From: a bacterium
GTDB taxonomy: Bacteria; Bacillota_I; Bacilli_A; RF39; UBA660
Direction of reading: 5' to 3'
Length of the DNA stretch: 51,108 nt
Assembly: GCA_963589235.1 (NCBI GenBank)
Contig: CAVAJX010000038.1
Location: 1-51,108, forward strand
The notes under the pieces are model-generated. The model was not told the origin of the DNA, ran no database searches, and was given only the letters and a program-made list of their open reading frames with translations. A program made the position numbers and the translations under genes. Of this stretch, positions 1-9,968 are shown piece after piece; within the stretch, counting starts at the first letter, position 1; each line of letters opens with the position of its first letter.

Positions 1-123
1 ATATAGTAATTGTACCAAAAATTTATTGCGAAGAAAATTTACTCTTTTTTACTGACTGATATTGAAAGATTTGACAAACTAAGATATAATATAATAGAGA
101 AAGAATAAAGCGAGGGATGCAAA

Positions 124-1443
124 ATGAATACAGAAACAAAAGACGAAGTTGTTTATTTATATTTAGACGACATAATTCCAAACCGTTTTCAACCAAGAGA
201 AGTATTTGACGAAAAAGCACTAAAAGAATTAGCAGTTTCAATTAAAGAACATGGTGTTATTCAGCCAATAATCGTACGTCGTGTAAACGGAAAATATGAA
301 ATAATTGCTGGAGAACGTCGTTATAAAGCATCAGCATTAGCTGGTATGACAAAGATCCCTGCTATTATAAGAGATTTAGATGATAAAGAAAGTTCTAAAG
401 TAGCCTTACTTGAAAACTTACAAAGAAAAAATCTTAATCCAATAGAAGAAGCTAGAACATATCAAAAAATTCTTGAAATAGATCAAATGACTCAAGATGA
501 ATTAGCCAAAACAATGGGTAAGAGTCAGTCAGCCGTAGCTAACAAATTAAGACTATTATCATTATCAGATGAAGTTCAAGATTCATTATTGAAAGAACAA
601 ATTTCCGAAAGACATGCTAGAGCCTTACTAAATATTTCAGATGCTAAGAAGCAAAAAGAAATGTTAAAAAAAGTAATAAGCAATAAAATGACAGTAAGAA
701 CATTGGAAGAGGAGATATCAAAAATGAACGGAACGCCATCAAATGAAAATATTCAGTCTGTAAGAACCACATTAACAAATAATGCTACACCTATAATGCC
801 AACAACAGATATGCCAGAAGATATGTCAAATTATGGAAAAGTAACAATAGCTCCACCAATAGAAAACGGTCCAGCTAGTCAAGAACAAAAGTTTATTAAC
901 TATGGTGAAATTGATAAAGAAGCCGTAGAAGAGCCTAAAAATTCATATTATAATCAAGTTGCAGTTCAACCTGTTGATGTAAATACAATAAAAGAACAAG
1001 CCATTGATATAACACCAGGAAATGATACACCATCCGCTGACTTAGATAATTTATTAAATATTCAAGCACCAGCTAGTAGCAAATATCCTCAAGTAAAAGC
1101 ACGTCCAACACAAGATTATATGACACCAGCAGAAGCAATTGTTAAAGGTGATGCCGAAGCTCCTGATGAGTCAATTAAAGATTACTTCCAAATGCCTAAT
1201 ATCAAGGCAACAGACTTTTCACAAGGAGTAAATCAAGCTGCAGCTATGCCAGCTCAACAGTCAATTTCAAGTATCATGAGTAATCCAAACCCAGTTCAAA
1301 ATACTGGTGCTTATACAACCGAAGAGATTATGGCTAAAATCAGAGACGTAGTAAAAGACATAGAAAGTCATGGTAACAAAATTACTTTTGATGAAATGAA
1401 TTTTGCAACAGCTTATCAAGTAATCATTAAAGTAGATAAATAA
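124..1443 (+). CDS. noc: ParB/Noc-family DNA-binding protein with a long low-complexity C-terminal extension
   Basis: The first ~200 aa carry the ParB signature (IPNRFQPR, GKYEIIAGERRYKA, LLENLQRKNLNPIEEA, HTH). The gene sits upstream of soj-spo0J, as noc does in Bacillota. Residues ~205-395 are P/Q/N/A-rich. Confidence 0.6.
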   Translation: MNTETKDEVVYLYLDDIIPNRFQPREVFDEKALKELAVSIKEHGVIQPIIVRRVNGKYEIIAGERRYKASALAGMTKIPAIIRDLDDKESSKVALLENLQRKNLNPIEEARTYQKILEIDQMTQDELAKTMGKSQSAVANKLRLLSLSDEVQDSLLKEQISERHARALLNISDAKKQKEMLKKVISNKMTVRTLEEEISKMNGTPSNENIQSVRTTLTNNATPIMPTTDMPEDMSNYGKVTIAPPIENGPASQEQKFINYGEIDKEAVEEPKNSYYNQVAVQPVDVNTIKEQAIDITPGNDTPSADLDNLLNIQAPASSKYPQVKARPTQDYMTPAEAIVKGDAEAPDESIKDYFQMPNIKATDFSQGVNQAAAMPAQQSISSIMSNPNPVQNTGAYTTEEIMAKIRDVVKDIESHGNKITFDEMNFATAYQVIIKVDK

Positions 1444-1446
1444 AAG

Positions 1447-1468
1447 GTAGATAATTCTACTTTTTTTT
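1447..1468 (+). terminator. Intrinsic terminator after the noc-like gene
   Basis: GTAGA-taat-TCTAC stem followed by T8. Confidence 0.6.
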
Positions 1469-1537
1469 AACAAAAACATTTAAAAAAGTTCAATTGTTTG
1501 ATACAATAATTAAGTAAAATTGAAAATGGGTGATTAG

Positions 1538-2326
1538 ATGGGAAAGGTTATATCATTAGTAAATCAAAAAGGTGGAGTAGGAAAAACAACGACAAGTATC
1601 AATCTTTCTGCATCACTAGCAGTATTAGGGAAAAATGTTTTATTAATAGATTTAGATCCTCAAGGTAATACAACTACTGGTGTAGGAATAAATAAGGGAG
1701 AAATTGAACGTAGTATATATGATGTTTTAATAGACGAATGTACAATAACAGAAGCTATTATCAAAACAAAATATAAAAACTTATATGTTTTACCTGCAAC
1801 AATAAATTTAGCCGGAATTGATATTGAATTAGTAGAAAAAAGTAAACAAGAAAATGGTTTTCAAAAAGGTGAGCAATTAAAAAGACATATAGAAGGAATT
1901 AAAGATAGTTTCGATTATATAATAATAGACTGTCCACCTTCTTTGGGTGTTATAACAACAAATGCATTAACTGCTTCTAACTCAGTTATAATACCAGTAC
2001 AATGTGAATTCTTTGCTCTAGAAGGAATAACACAGCTATTAAAAACTATTATGTTAGCACAAAAAACATTAAATCCAGACTTAGTAATCGAAGGTGTTTT
2101 ACTAACTATGTTAGATTCTAGAACAAATCTAGGCTTTGAAGTAGTAGAAGATATCAGAAAATTCTTTAAAGAAAAAGTATACAACACAATAATTCCAAGA
2201 TTAGTAAGATTAACAGAGGCTCCATCACACGGAGAACCTATAATAGTTTATGATCCAAAAAGTAGAGGATCAGAAGCTTATATAAATTTAGCAAAGGAAG
2301 TGATTGCGAGAAATGGAAACAACTAA
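1538..2326 (+). CDS. soj: ParA/Soj chromosome-partitioning ATPase
   Basis: Deviant Walker A (NQKGGVGKTTT) and ParA/MinD-family length. Lies immediately upstream of parB. Confidence 0.92.
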   Translation: MGKVISLVNQKGGVGKTTTSINLSASLAVLGKNVLLIDLDPQGNTTTGVGINKGEIERSIYDVLIDECTITEAIIKTKYKNLYVLPATINLAGIDIELVEKSKQENGFQKGEQLKRHIEGIKDSFDYIIIDCPPSLGVITTNALTASNSVIIPVQCEFFALEGITQLLKTIMLAQKTLNPDLVIEGVLLTMLDSRTNLGFEVVEDIRKFFKEKVYNTIIPRLVRLTEAPSHGEPIIVYDPKSRGSEAYINLAKEVIARNGNN

Positions 2327-3215
2327 CAACAATAAAAGAAGAGCCTTAGGTAGAGGATTAGAAGAATTATTCTATAATGAGCCAATTGATTACAACAAAG
2401 TAGAAGAAAAAATACTAACAGAAACCCCAAAAGATGAAATCAAAATGGTAAAAATAGATGAATTAAGAAGTAATCCATACCAGCCAAGAAAAGTATTTGA
2501 TGAAACAGCACTTCAAGAATTAGCCGCATCAATTAAAGAACATGGTGTATTTCAACCTATAATAATTAAAAAGAGTATTAAAGGATATGAAATAATAGCA
2601 GGTGAGCGAAGAGTAAAGGCCTCAAAATTAGCAGGTTTAGACGAAATACCAGCCATAATTCGTGATTTTTCAGATGACGAAATGATGGAAATTGCTCTAC
2701 TTGAAAACTTACAAAGAGAAAATTTAAATGCGATAGAAGAAGCAAATGCTTACAAAAAATTACTAGAAACATTAGAATTAACTCAAGAACAACTATCAAA
2801 TAGACTAGGTAAAAGTAGAAGTCATATTACAAACATGATAGGTCTATTGAACTTACCAGAAGAAGTACAAAAACTACTTAGTAGTAAAGAAATAAGTGCT
2901 GGACATGCAAGAATAATAAGCAAACTAGAAAATCAAGAGCAGCAAATAAGTCTTGCTAAAAAAGTAGTAAATGAAGGACTAAGTGTTAGACAACTAGAAG
3001 ATATTACACATTCTAATGAAAAGTTCTTAAGAGTACACGAAATTAAAAGAAAAACAAAAGAGACAAGTTCAGAATATATGTATTTACAAGAAGAACTATG
3101 TGAAAAATTAGGTACAAAAGTAAAAATTAAAACTAATAAAATAGAAATCAGTTTTGTTAACGGAAATGATCTAAATAGACTATTAGAAATAATGAATTTA
3201 GAATCAAGGAGGTAA
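2304..3215 (+). CDS. spo0J: ParB/Spo0J chromosome-partitioning protein
   Basis: KRRALGRGLEELF N-terminus, GERR box (IIAGERRVKA), LLENLQRENLN and HTH. The true start may be the ATG at 2313. Confidence 0.9.
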   Translation: MREMETTNNNKRRALGRGLEELFYNEPIDYNKVEEKILTETPKDEIKMVKIDELRSNPYQPRKVFDETALQELAASIKEHGVFQPIIIKKSIKGYEIIAGERRVKASKLAGLDEIPAIIRDFSDDEMMEIALLENLQRENLNAIEEANAYKKLLETLELTQEQLSNRLGKSRSHITNMIGLLNLPEEVQKLLSSKEISAGHARIISKLENQEQQISLAKKVVNEGLSVRQLEDITHSNEKFLRVHEIKRKTKETSSEYMYLQEELCEKLGTKVKIKTNKIEISFVNGNDLNRLLEIMNLESRR

Positions 3216-3218
3216 TAC

Positions 3219-4034
3219 ATGTTAAAACTGACTGAAAATATAGAAGTTGATATAATTAATTTAATTCTTCCTGTAATATATATATTAATAGGAATGGTAA
3301 TCTACAAAGTCTTAAAAAGAATTATTGATAGAAGTATAAACATAGAAAGAATAACTTTAAAATCACATAAACAAAGAGCAGAAACAATAAAAATGTTAAT
3401 ACTAAATATAATTAAATACATAACAGTAATATTAGTATTATTAGCAATTCTTTCTAACTTTGGAATAAACGTTAAGTCAATTTTAGCAGGATTAGGAATT
3501 ACAACTGCCATTATTGGTTTAGCCTTCCAAGACTTAGCAAAAGACTTAATAGCAGGTATTTCAATAATTACTGAAAATCAATATGAAGTAGGAGATACCA
3601 TAGAAGTAGATGGATTCATGGGAGAAGTTGTATTTTTAGGTCTAAAAACAACAAAGATTAGAGACTATAAAGGCGCAACAAAAATAATAGCAAATCACAA
3701 CATGGATAAAATAATTAATTATAGTCTACATGACTCATTAGCTGTAGTAGATATAGGAACAAGCTATGAAAATACAACAGAAGAAATAGAAAAAGTATTA
3801 ACTGATTTAGCAACTAATCTAAAAGGAAAAATAAAAGATGCCACTGGTGACATTGAAATTTTAGGAATAAATAGACTTGCAGACTCAGCTGTTGAATATC
3901 GAGTTACTGTACCAGTAAAACCTATGAAACAGTTTGCAACCGAAAGATTCTTACGCAAAGAAATTAAAGATGCCTTTGATAAATCAGGAATAAATATCCC
4001 ATATCCACAAATAGAGGTGCACAATGGAAAATAA
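3219..4034 (+). CDS. MscS-family mechanosensitive ion channel
   Basis: N-terminal TM helices followed by a beta-domain (GDTIEVDGFMGEVVFLGLKTTKIRDY) typical of small MscS homologs. Confidence 0.8.
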   Translation: MLKLTENIEVDIINLILPVIYILIGMVIYKVLKRIIDRSINIERITLKSHKQRAETIKMLILNIIKYITVILVLLAILSNFGINVKSILAGLGITTAIIGLAFQDLAKDLIAGISIITENQYEVGDTIEVDGFMGEVVFLGLKTTKIRDYKGATKIIANHNMDKIINYSLHDSLAVVDIGTSYENTTEEIEKVLTDLATNLKGKIKDATGDIEILGINRLADSAVEYRVTVPVKPMKQFATERFLRKEIKDAFDKSGINIPYPQIEVHNGK

Positions 4035-4218
4035 AGAATATACAATAGGAACAAAAGTCATCATGAAAAAACAACATCCTTGTGGTGCTAACTCATGGGA
4101 AATAACTAGACTAGGTGCCGACATAAAAATAAAATGTCTAAACTGTGGTAGAACAGTATTAATACCTAGAATTGATTTTAATAAAAAAATTAAGAAAATA
4201 ATTACAGAGGAGGAATAA
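4024..4218 (+). CDS. DUF951-family small protein
   Basis: 64 aa with the HPCG...W...R.GADI..KC..CGR pattern characteristic of DUF951 proteins in the origin region of Firmicutes. Confidence 0.65.
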   Translation: MENKEYTIGTKVIMKKQHPCGANSWEITRLGADIKIKCLNCGRTVLIPRIDFNKKIKKIITEEE

Positions 4219-4219
4219 A

Positions 4220-5815
4220 ATGTTTCAAAAGAAAAAACTCCGCTTAAAGAAATTTTATTTTCATCCAACAACGACCCTAATCCTCTTAACATTTGGCCTA
4301 ATAATTTTAAGTGCTATATTATCAGGATTAGAAATGCAGGCTACATATAATACAGTAAATATTAATACAAAAGAACTAGAACCAACACTAATAGCTGTTG
4401 AAAATATGTTAAGCTTTGATGGAATAAAATATATCATAAGTAGTGCAACAAGAAACTTTATTAGTTTTGCTCCATTAGGTACATTGTTAATATCATTACT
4501 TGGTTTAACCATTGCTGAATCAACAGGTATGTTAGAAACTATTACCAGAAGAAAACTAAAAAAGATGCCAAAAAATGCTCTAACATTTATTTTGATCTTT
4601 GTAGCAACAATTTCATCATTAATTAACGAAGTTGGCTATGCAATACTAATACCTTTAGCAGCCTTAATATACTTTATGAATGATAGAAATCCAATTCTTG
4701 GTATTGTAACAGCATTCGTAGGAGTTGCCTTTGGCTATGGTGTATCAATATTTGTAGGAACAATGGAATCATCCTTAATAGAATATACAAAAAATGCTAC
4801 ACTTTTAGTTGATGATACAGCTCATATAGCCCTAACTTCAAATCTTATCTTTATAATAGCTGCTTCAGTTATACTATCAATAGTAGGAACTATTATTATT
4901 GAAAAAATAATAGCGCCAAAGATAGGAAAATATAAAAAAGATGAAGAAATGGCTCAAACAGAAAAATATAGTATTGTTAATACTGAAGAAACACAACAAA
5001 TTGAATTAGAAAAAGAAAAAAGAGAAAAAACAGGTTTGAAATATGCCTTAATTACAGGAATTGTAGTCCTATTATTATTCATCTGGTCACTAATTCCTAA
5101 TCTTCCATACTCTGGTTTATTACTAGATATGTCTGAAACAACATACTTAAATCAAGTATTTGGTGAAAATGCCTATTTCCAAAATGCTTTTACCTACTTA
5201 GTATCACTTTTATTCTTCCTAACAGGAATTGCCTATGGTATAGGAGCACATACAATAAAAAGTGATTCAAAACTAATAGAAAAAGCAAGTGATAATTTTT
5301 CAAAACTGGGTAGTATGTTTATTCTAATGTTTGTTGCCGCTCAATTTATAGCAATATTTAAAAAGACAAATATAGGTACAGTAATAGCTTGCTGGCTAGC
5401 AAATGCTTTAGAAATATTAGACTTTACTGGTATTCCTTTAATTATAGTAACTCTAATATTTATAGCCATAGCAAACATATTCTTAACTGGTACCGCAACA
5501 AAATGGATGATTTTTGCTCCAATAGTTGTACCAAAATTTTTACAGTCAAACATTTCACCAGAGTTTGCTCAAATAGTAATGCGTGCTGGTGACTCAATGA
5601 CTAAAGGTTTCACACCAATATTAGCAGCCTTTATTATATATCTAGGCTATCTAAATATATATAACTTAAACAAAAACAAACCATACTCAATTACCAAAGC
5701 TATGAAACTAATAACACCATATTTCTTATTAATTTCATTAACCTGGATTTTATTGGTAGTAGGTTGGTACATATCAGGTCTTCCAATAGGACCAGGAGTA
5801 TATCCAACATTATAG
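4220..5815 (+). CDS. AbgT-family transporter (aminobenzoyl-glutamate-type)
   Basis: 531-aa polytopic membrane protein. Size and the N-terminal pattern (helix, then the ..IAESTGMLE.. segment) resemble the AbgT family. Confidence 0.6.
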   Translation: MFQKKKLRLKKFYFHPTTTLILLTFGLIILSAILSGLEMQATYNTVNINTKELEPTLIAVENMLSFDGIKYIISSATRNFISFAPLGTLLISLLGLTIAESTGMLETITRRKLKKMPKNALTFILIFVATISSLINEVGYAILIPLAALIYFMNDRNPILGIVTAFVGVAFGYGVSIFVGTMESSLIEYTKNATLLVDDTAHIALTSNLIFIIAASVILSIVGTIIIEKIIAPKIGKYKKDEEMAQTEKYSIVNTEETQQIELEKEKREKTGLKYALITGIVVLLLFIWSLIPNLPYSGLLLDMSETTYLNQVFGENAYFQNAFTYLVSLLFFLTGIAYGIGAHTIKSDSKLIEKASDNFSKLGSMFILMFVAAQFIAIFKKTNIGTVIACWLANALEILDFTGIPLIIVTLIFIAIANIFLTGTATKWMIFAPIVVPKFLQSNISPEFAQIVMRAGDSMTKGFTPILAAFIIYLGYLNIYNLNKNKPYSITKAMKLITPYFLLISLTWILLVVGWYISGLPIGPGVYPTL

Positions 5816-5834
5816 CACCCGTTCGGGTGTTTTT
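5816..5834 (+). terminator. Intrinsic terminator
   Basis: CACCCG-tt-CGGGTG stem followed by TTTTT. Confidence 0.8.
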
Positions 5835-5894
5835 AATTTTTATATTTAAAAAGAAAAACTTATGTTATAATAAGACAAGAAAAGAGGTATTTAT

Positions 5895-6995
5895 ATGAGT
5901 TTAACAGCTGGAATAGTGGGCCTACCAAATGTAGGAAAATCAACTTTATTTAATGCAATAACTAATCAAAAAATATTAGCTGAAAACTATCCATTCGCAA
6001 CAATAGAGCCAAATGTTGGAGTAGTAACAGTACCAGATGAAAGAATGGATAAATTAAAAGAAATGTATAATCCAAATAGATTTATACCAACAGCATACGA
6101 ATTTACAGATATTGCAGGTTTAGTAAAAGGAGCTTCACAAGGAGAAGGTTTAGGTAATAAATTCCTATCTCACATACGTGAAGTAGATGCCATAGTAGAA
6201 GTAGTAAGATGTTTTGATGATGGAAAAATAATCCATGTAGAAGGAAATATAGATCCAATTAGAGACATTGAAACAATCAATCTAGAACTAGCTATAGCCG
6301 ATTTAGATGTCATTAATAATAGATTAGAACGTGTTGCTAAAAAAGCCCGTACTACAAAGAATAAAGATGATTTACTAGAAGTAGAAGTCCTAGAAAAGTG
6401 TAAAAAAGCCTTAGAAGAAAATACACCAATAAGACAATTAGGCTTAAATGAAGAAGAAAAGAAAATAATAAAGTCTTATAGCTTTTTAACATTAAAGCCA
6501 ATAATATATCTTGCTAATATAAAAGAAAGCGAACTTGGTAATCCAGACAACGAATACGTAAAAGTAGTAAAAGATTATGCTGCTAAAGAAAATGCTAAAG
6601 TAGTTAGTCTTTGTGCAAAAGTTGAAGAAGAGCTAAGTGAACTATCAAAAGAAGATAAAAAAGAAATGTTAGAAGGACTAGGATTAGATGCATCAGGATT
6701 AGATAAATTAATAACCGCAACATATGACATTCTAGGTCTAGCAACATATTTTACTGTCGGAAAAGATGAAGTACGTGCTTGGACATTTAAAAAAGGTATG
6801 AATGCCAAACAATGTGCTGGTATAATTCATACAGATTTTGAAAAAGGATTTATCCGTGCTGAAGTAATTTCATATACTGACTTAATTGAACTTGGTAGTG
6901 AATTAAAAGTAAAAGAAGCAGGAAAAGCTAGACTAGAAGGAAAAGATTATTTAATGCAAGATGGAGATATCTGCCATTTTAGATTTAATGTATAA
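5895..6995 (+). CDS. ychF: Redox-regulated ATPase YchF
   Basis: GIVGLPNVGKSTLFNA P-loop, a TGS-like C-terminus (FIRAEV....GK.YLMQDGDI.HFRFNV) and 366 aa. Confidence 0.95.
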   Translation: MSLTAGIVGLPNVGKSTLFNAITNQKILAENYPFATIEPNVGVVTVPDERMDKLKEMYNPNRFIPTAYEFTDIAGLVKGASQGEGLGNKFLSHIREVDAIVEVVRCFDDGKIIHVEGNIDPIRDIETINLELAIADLDVINNRLERVAKKARTTKNKDDLLEVEVLEKCKKALEENTPIRQLGLNEEEKKIIKSYSFLTLKPIIYLANIKESELGNPDNEYVKVVKDYAAKENAKVVSLCAKVEEELSELSKEDKKEMLEGLGLDASGLDKLITATYDILGLATYFTVGKDEVRAWTFKKGMNAKQCAGIIHTDFEKGFIRAEVISYTDLIELGSELKVKEAGKARLEGKDYLMQDGDICHFRFNV

Positions 6996-7027
6996 AAATT
7001 ACACCAATTAAAAATAAAGGAAAAAGT

Positions 7028-7804
7028 ATGAAAAAACTAGTAATTTTTGAAACAAATAATAAAGACGGTATTATGAGTAGAAGTAAAAAGTTCTATCCAG
7101 ATACTTATAGTGAAGAAGATATAAAGCAAGACTTTTTAAAAGTACGTCAAAAAGTAGGTGAAAAATACGGTTTTTCAGGTTTGAAAATACTTCAGCCTGC
7201 TCAAAAAGATGTAGAGGCAAATCTTGATTATCCAGATGGAACATATAAAAGAATAGATGATACTTGCTTATTAAAAGAAGATTTATGGTATGAAACAATA
7301 CCGGCAGATATATTAGTAATCAATTCTAATTATCCAAGTGTCGTTATTGGTCATAGAGCGGCAGACTGTCCAGTAATAATTGCCGAAGATAGAAAAAACC
7401 AAGTAGTATCAGTTTCCCACTCTGGAGCCTTACAAATAAACAGAAAAGTTCCAATGTATACCATAACTGCTCTTCAAAAAGAAGCTGGCAGTAATTTAAA
7501 TGATATTTATGTCTACATTGGTAGTTGTATAAAAAAAGAGTCATATATTTATGACCGTTATCCAAACTGGGCAACAAATACTTCTGTATGGGAAAACTGT
7601 ATAGAAAAAAAGGATAACTTATATTACATTGACTTAATAACCGCAATAATTAATCAATTAAATATACCTAAAGACCATATTACAATAAGTCCTGTTGATA
7701 CATATAAAGATCCAGATTACTATTCGCATTTATCAGAAGTAAAAAAAGAATCTAAACCTATAGGTCAAAACTTTGTAGGAGCATTTTATAAAGAACAAGG
7801 ATAG
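7028..7804 (+). CDS. YfiH/PgeF (DUF152, laccase-domain) family protein
   Basis: HRAADCPVIIAED...VSVSHSGALQ matches the conserved ..ADC.P....-...H.GW.G core of the family. Confidence 0.7.
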   Translation: MKKLVIFETNNKDGIMSRSKKFYPDTYSEEDIKQDFLKVRQKVGEKYGFSGLKILQPAQKDVEANLDYPDGTYKRIDDTCLLKEDLWYETIPADILVINSNYPSVVIGHRAADCPVIIAEDRKNQVVSVSHSGALQINRKVPMYTITALQKEAGSNLNDIYVYIGSCIKKESYIYDRYPNWATNTSVWENCIEKKDNLYYIDLITAIINQLNIPKDHITISPVDTYKDPDYYSHLSEVKKESKPIGQNFVGAFYKEQG

Positions 7805-7883
7805 TATTTTCTACTATCTTTTAAGTTGCAAAAAAAACTTAAATTTGTTATAATATGCTTCTAGCAAAAGAGGTGATACATTA

Positions 7884-8762
7884 ATGGGAAATTTAATTAA
7901 AAAAGTAGAAATTTACTCACCAAAAATATTAAGCAGTAAAAAAATATTTACATTATCTGATATACATAAAACAAACAAAAAAGGAACAACGCCCGGACTT
8001 GCACATTTAAGTATGATAGAAAAAGAACTAGCTTCAGAAATTGATGATATCGATTTTATACTTATACCTGGTGATATTATAAATGATACTGAAGACTTAG
8101 AAGATAATGATTTTAAAAGATTTTTAGCTTTTGAACTAGAAACTTTAACCCAAGGAAAACCAACGTTTATATCATATGGTAATCATGATCAAATGACAAA
8201 AGCTGCTTCAAATACTTGGCAAATAAGTTCTAGAAGACAATTAAAAGAAGCTTTAAGTCCTCTTTCTAATGTAACAGTATTAGAAAATTCAGAAGTACAG
8301 AACTTTCAAGAAGTATCAATATCCGCTTTTTCACCTGCATATCCTTATTATGAGTTAGAAAAAGAAAGTGAATCAGCTTTTATGACTGAATTTCTAGAAG
8401 AAATGGATAATAGTCTTTTTTCATCAGAACAATATAATATTTTATTAACACATGCTCCAAGTTCTATGATTAGCTTGATAAAAAGACGAGTTAATCTTTT
8501 AGAAACAAATCCAGATTTAGTAGTATCAGGACATATGCACAATGGACTGATTCCCTTATCTAAAAATGTCGGTCTAATATCTCCATCACATAAATTATTC
8601 CCTAAATATGCTCATGGTGTTACAGAAGAAAATGGAACAACATTTGTTATTAATGGAGCAGTAAATACAATGGTAGAGTCACCAACTATAAATAGTTTTT
8701 TCAAACCAAGTGCTAATATAATTACATTAAATCCATCTATACAAAAGGTAAAGAAAAAATAA
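7884..8762 (+). CDS. Metallophosphoesterase
   Basis: Calcineurin-like motifs: SDIH, GDIIND, GNHD, SGHMHNG. Confidence 0.75.
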   Translation: MGNLIKKVEIYSPKILSSKKIFTLSDIHKTNKKGTTPGLAHLSMIEKELASEIDDIDFILIPGDIINDTEDLEDNDFKRFLAFELETLTQGKPTFISYGNHDQMTKAASNTWQISSRRQLKEALSPLSNVTVLENSEVQNFQEVSISAFSPAYPYYELEKESESAFMTEFLEEMDNSLFSSEQYNILLTHAPSSMISLIKRRVNLLETNPDLVVSGHMHNGLIPLSKNVGLISPSHKLFPKYAHGVTEENGTTFVINGAVNTMVESPTINSFFKPSANIITLNPSIQKVKKK

Positions 8763-8772
8763 TTAAAAGATA

Positions 8773-8868
8773 TAGACAAAATCTCATACATTTGTTATAA
8801 TACATCCGAGTATTTAAAATACTCCTTGCTGTAATTACAGCCGAATAGTCCAAAAGGAGGTGTAAGAA
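8773..8868 (+). promoter_or_regulatory. rpsF promoter plus structured leader
   Basis: TAGACA(8773-8778)-17 nt-TATAAT(8796-8801) with an upstream TG. The leader has two hairpins: GAGTAT/ATACTC (8808-8824) and GCTGTA/TACAGC (8828-8841). It may be the S6:S18 autoregulatory leader. Confidence 0.5.
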
Positions 8869-9156
8869 ATGAATAAATATGAAGTTATGTTTATCGTTAG
8901 ACCTGATATGGAGGAAGCAGAAATTAAAAAGACTGCAGAAGACATGAAAAAGGTTTTAACTGATAATAAGGCTAAACTTTTAGAAGAAAAGCCATTAGGT
9001 CAAAAAGAATTAGCTTATGAAATCAATAAATTTAAAACTGGATACTATTACTTATACGTAGTAGAAGCAGATAGTGCAGCTGTAAATGAATTTGATCGTG
9101 TTGCTAGAATCAATGAAAGCCTACTTCGTCATTTAGTTGTAAAAGTAGAAGACTAA
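8869..9156 (+). CDS. rpsF: 30S ribosomal protein S6
   Basis: MNKYEVMFIVRPD... sequence and rpsF-ssb-rpsR synteny. Confidence 0.96.
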   Translation: MNKYEVMFIVRPDMEEAEIKKTAEDMKKVLTDNKAKLLEEKPLGQKELAYEINKFKTGYYYLYVVEADSAAVNEFDRVARINESLLRHLVVKVED

Positions 9157-9172
9157 GAAAAAGAGGTATAAT

Positions 9173-9649
9173 ATGAATAAGGTATTTTTAATAGGAAGAC
9201 TAACAAGAGATCCAGAATTAAGATACACTGGTAACAACACTCCAGTAGCAACATTTTCATTAGCTGTAAATAGACCATTTTCTAACCAAGCAGGTGAAAG
9301 AGAAGCAGACTTTATAAACATCGTTGTTTGGAGAAAACAAGCAGAAAATGTTAAGAACTATTTAACACAAGGAAGTCAAGCTGCTATTGAAGGACGTATT
9401 CAAGTAAGATCATATGATGACCAATCTGGTCAAAAAAGATATGTTACAGAAGTAATTGCCGATAATGTTGAATTCTTAGGATCAAGATCTTCCACAAATA
9501 ATTCAAATAATTCATCAGCTAGTAGCAATGAACCAACACCATATGATTTTGGTGATACAAAAGAGCCAAAGGGAACAGATGTAGATAGTAATCCATTTGC
9601 AGACTTTGGTGCCAGCATTGAAATAAGTGATGATGAATTACCATTCTAA
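9173..9649 (+). CDS. ssb: Single-stranded DNA-binding protein
   Basis: MNKVFLIGRLTRDPELRYT OB-fold and an acidic C-terminal tip (DDELPF). Confidence 0.96.
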   Translation: MNKVFLIGRLTRDPELRYTGNNTPVATFSLAVNRPFSNQAGEREADFINIVVWRKQAENVKNYLTQGSQAAIEGRIQVRSYDDQSGQKRYVTEVIADNVEFLGSRSSTNNSNNSSASSNEPTPYDFGDTKEPKGTDVDSNPFADFGASIEISDDELPF

Positions 9650-9664
9650 AAAGGAGGATAAACA

Positions 9665-9883
9665 ATGGCAGAATTTAATCGTAGAAAGAAAAAAGTTTGT
9701 ATGATGTGCACAAAAAATGCAGTAGTTGATTATAAAGATCCAGAAACTTTAAAAAGATATACAAATGAAAAAGGTAAAATCGTACCAAGACGTGTAACAG
9801 GAAACTGTGCATTACATCAAAGATATATTGCTAAACAAATTAAAAGAGCACGTGCAATAGCATTAATGCCTTATACAAGATAA
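9665..9883 (+). CDS. rpsR: 30S ribosomal protein S18
   Basis: RRKKKVC.....VDYKD...LKRY......I.PRR.TG.CA..QR conserved pattern. Confidence 0.96.
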   Translation: MAEFNRRKKKVCMMCTKNAVVDYKDPETLKRYTNEKGKIVPRRVTGNCALHQRYIAKQIKRARAIALMPYTR

Positions 9884-9968
9884 TAGTGTACCAGAAATGG
9901 TATGCTTTTTTATTAGACAAAATAGGCAAACTATTATATAATATAGTTGACATTTGATAGGAGGCCAT

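Noticed and set aside
2304-3215. A parS site (TGTTNCACGTGAAACA), which is often located inside spo0J.
   Set aside because: I could not find a match by eye in spo0J or elsewhere in the window. The palindrome GTGACAAATTGTCAC at 49075-49089 does not fit the consensus. A pattern search should be run before concluding that it is absent.
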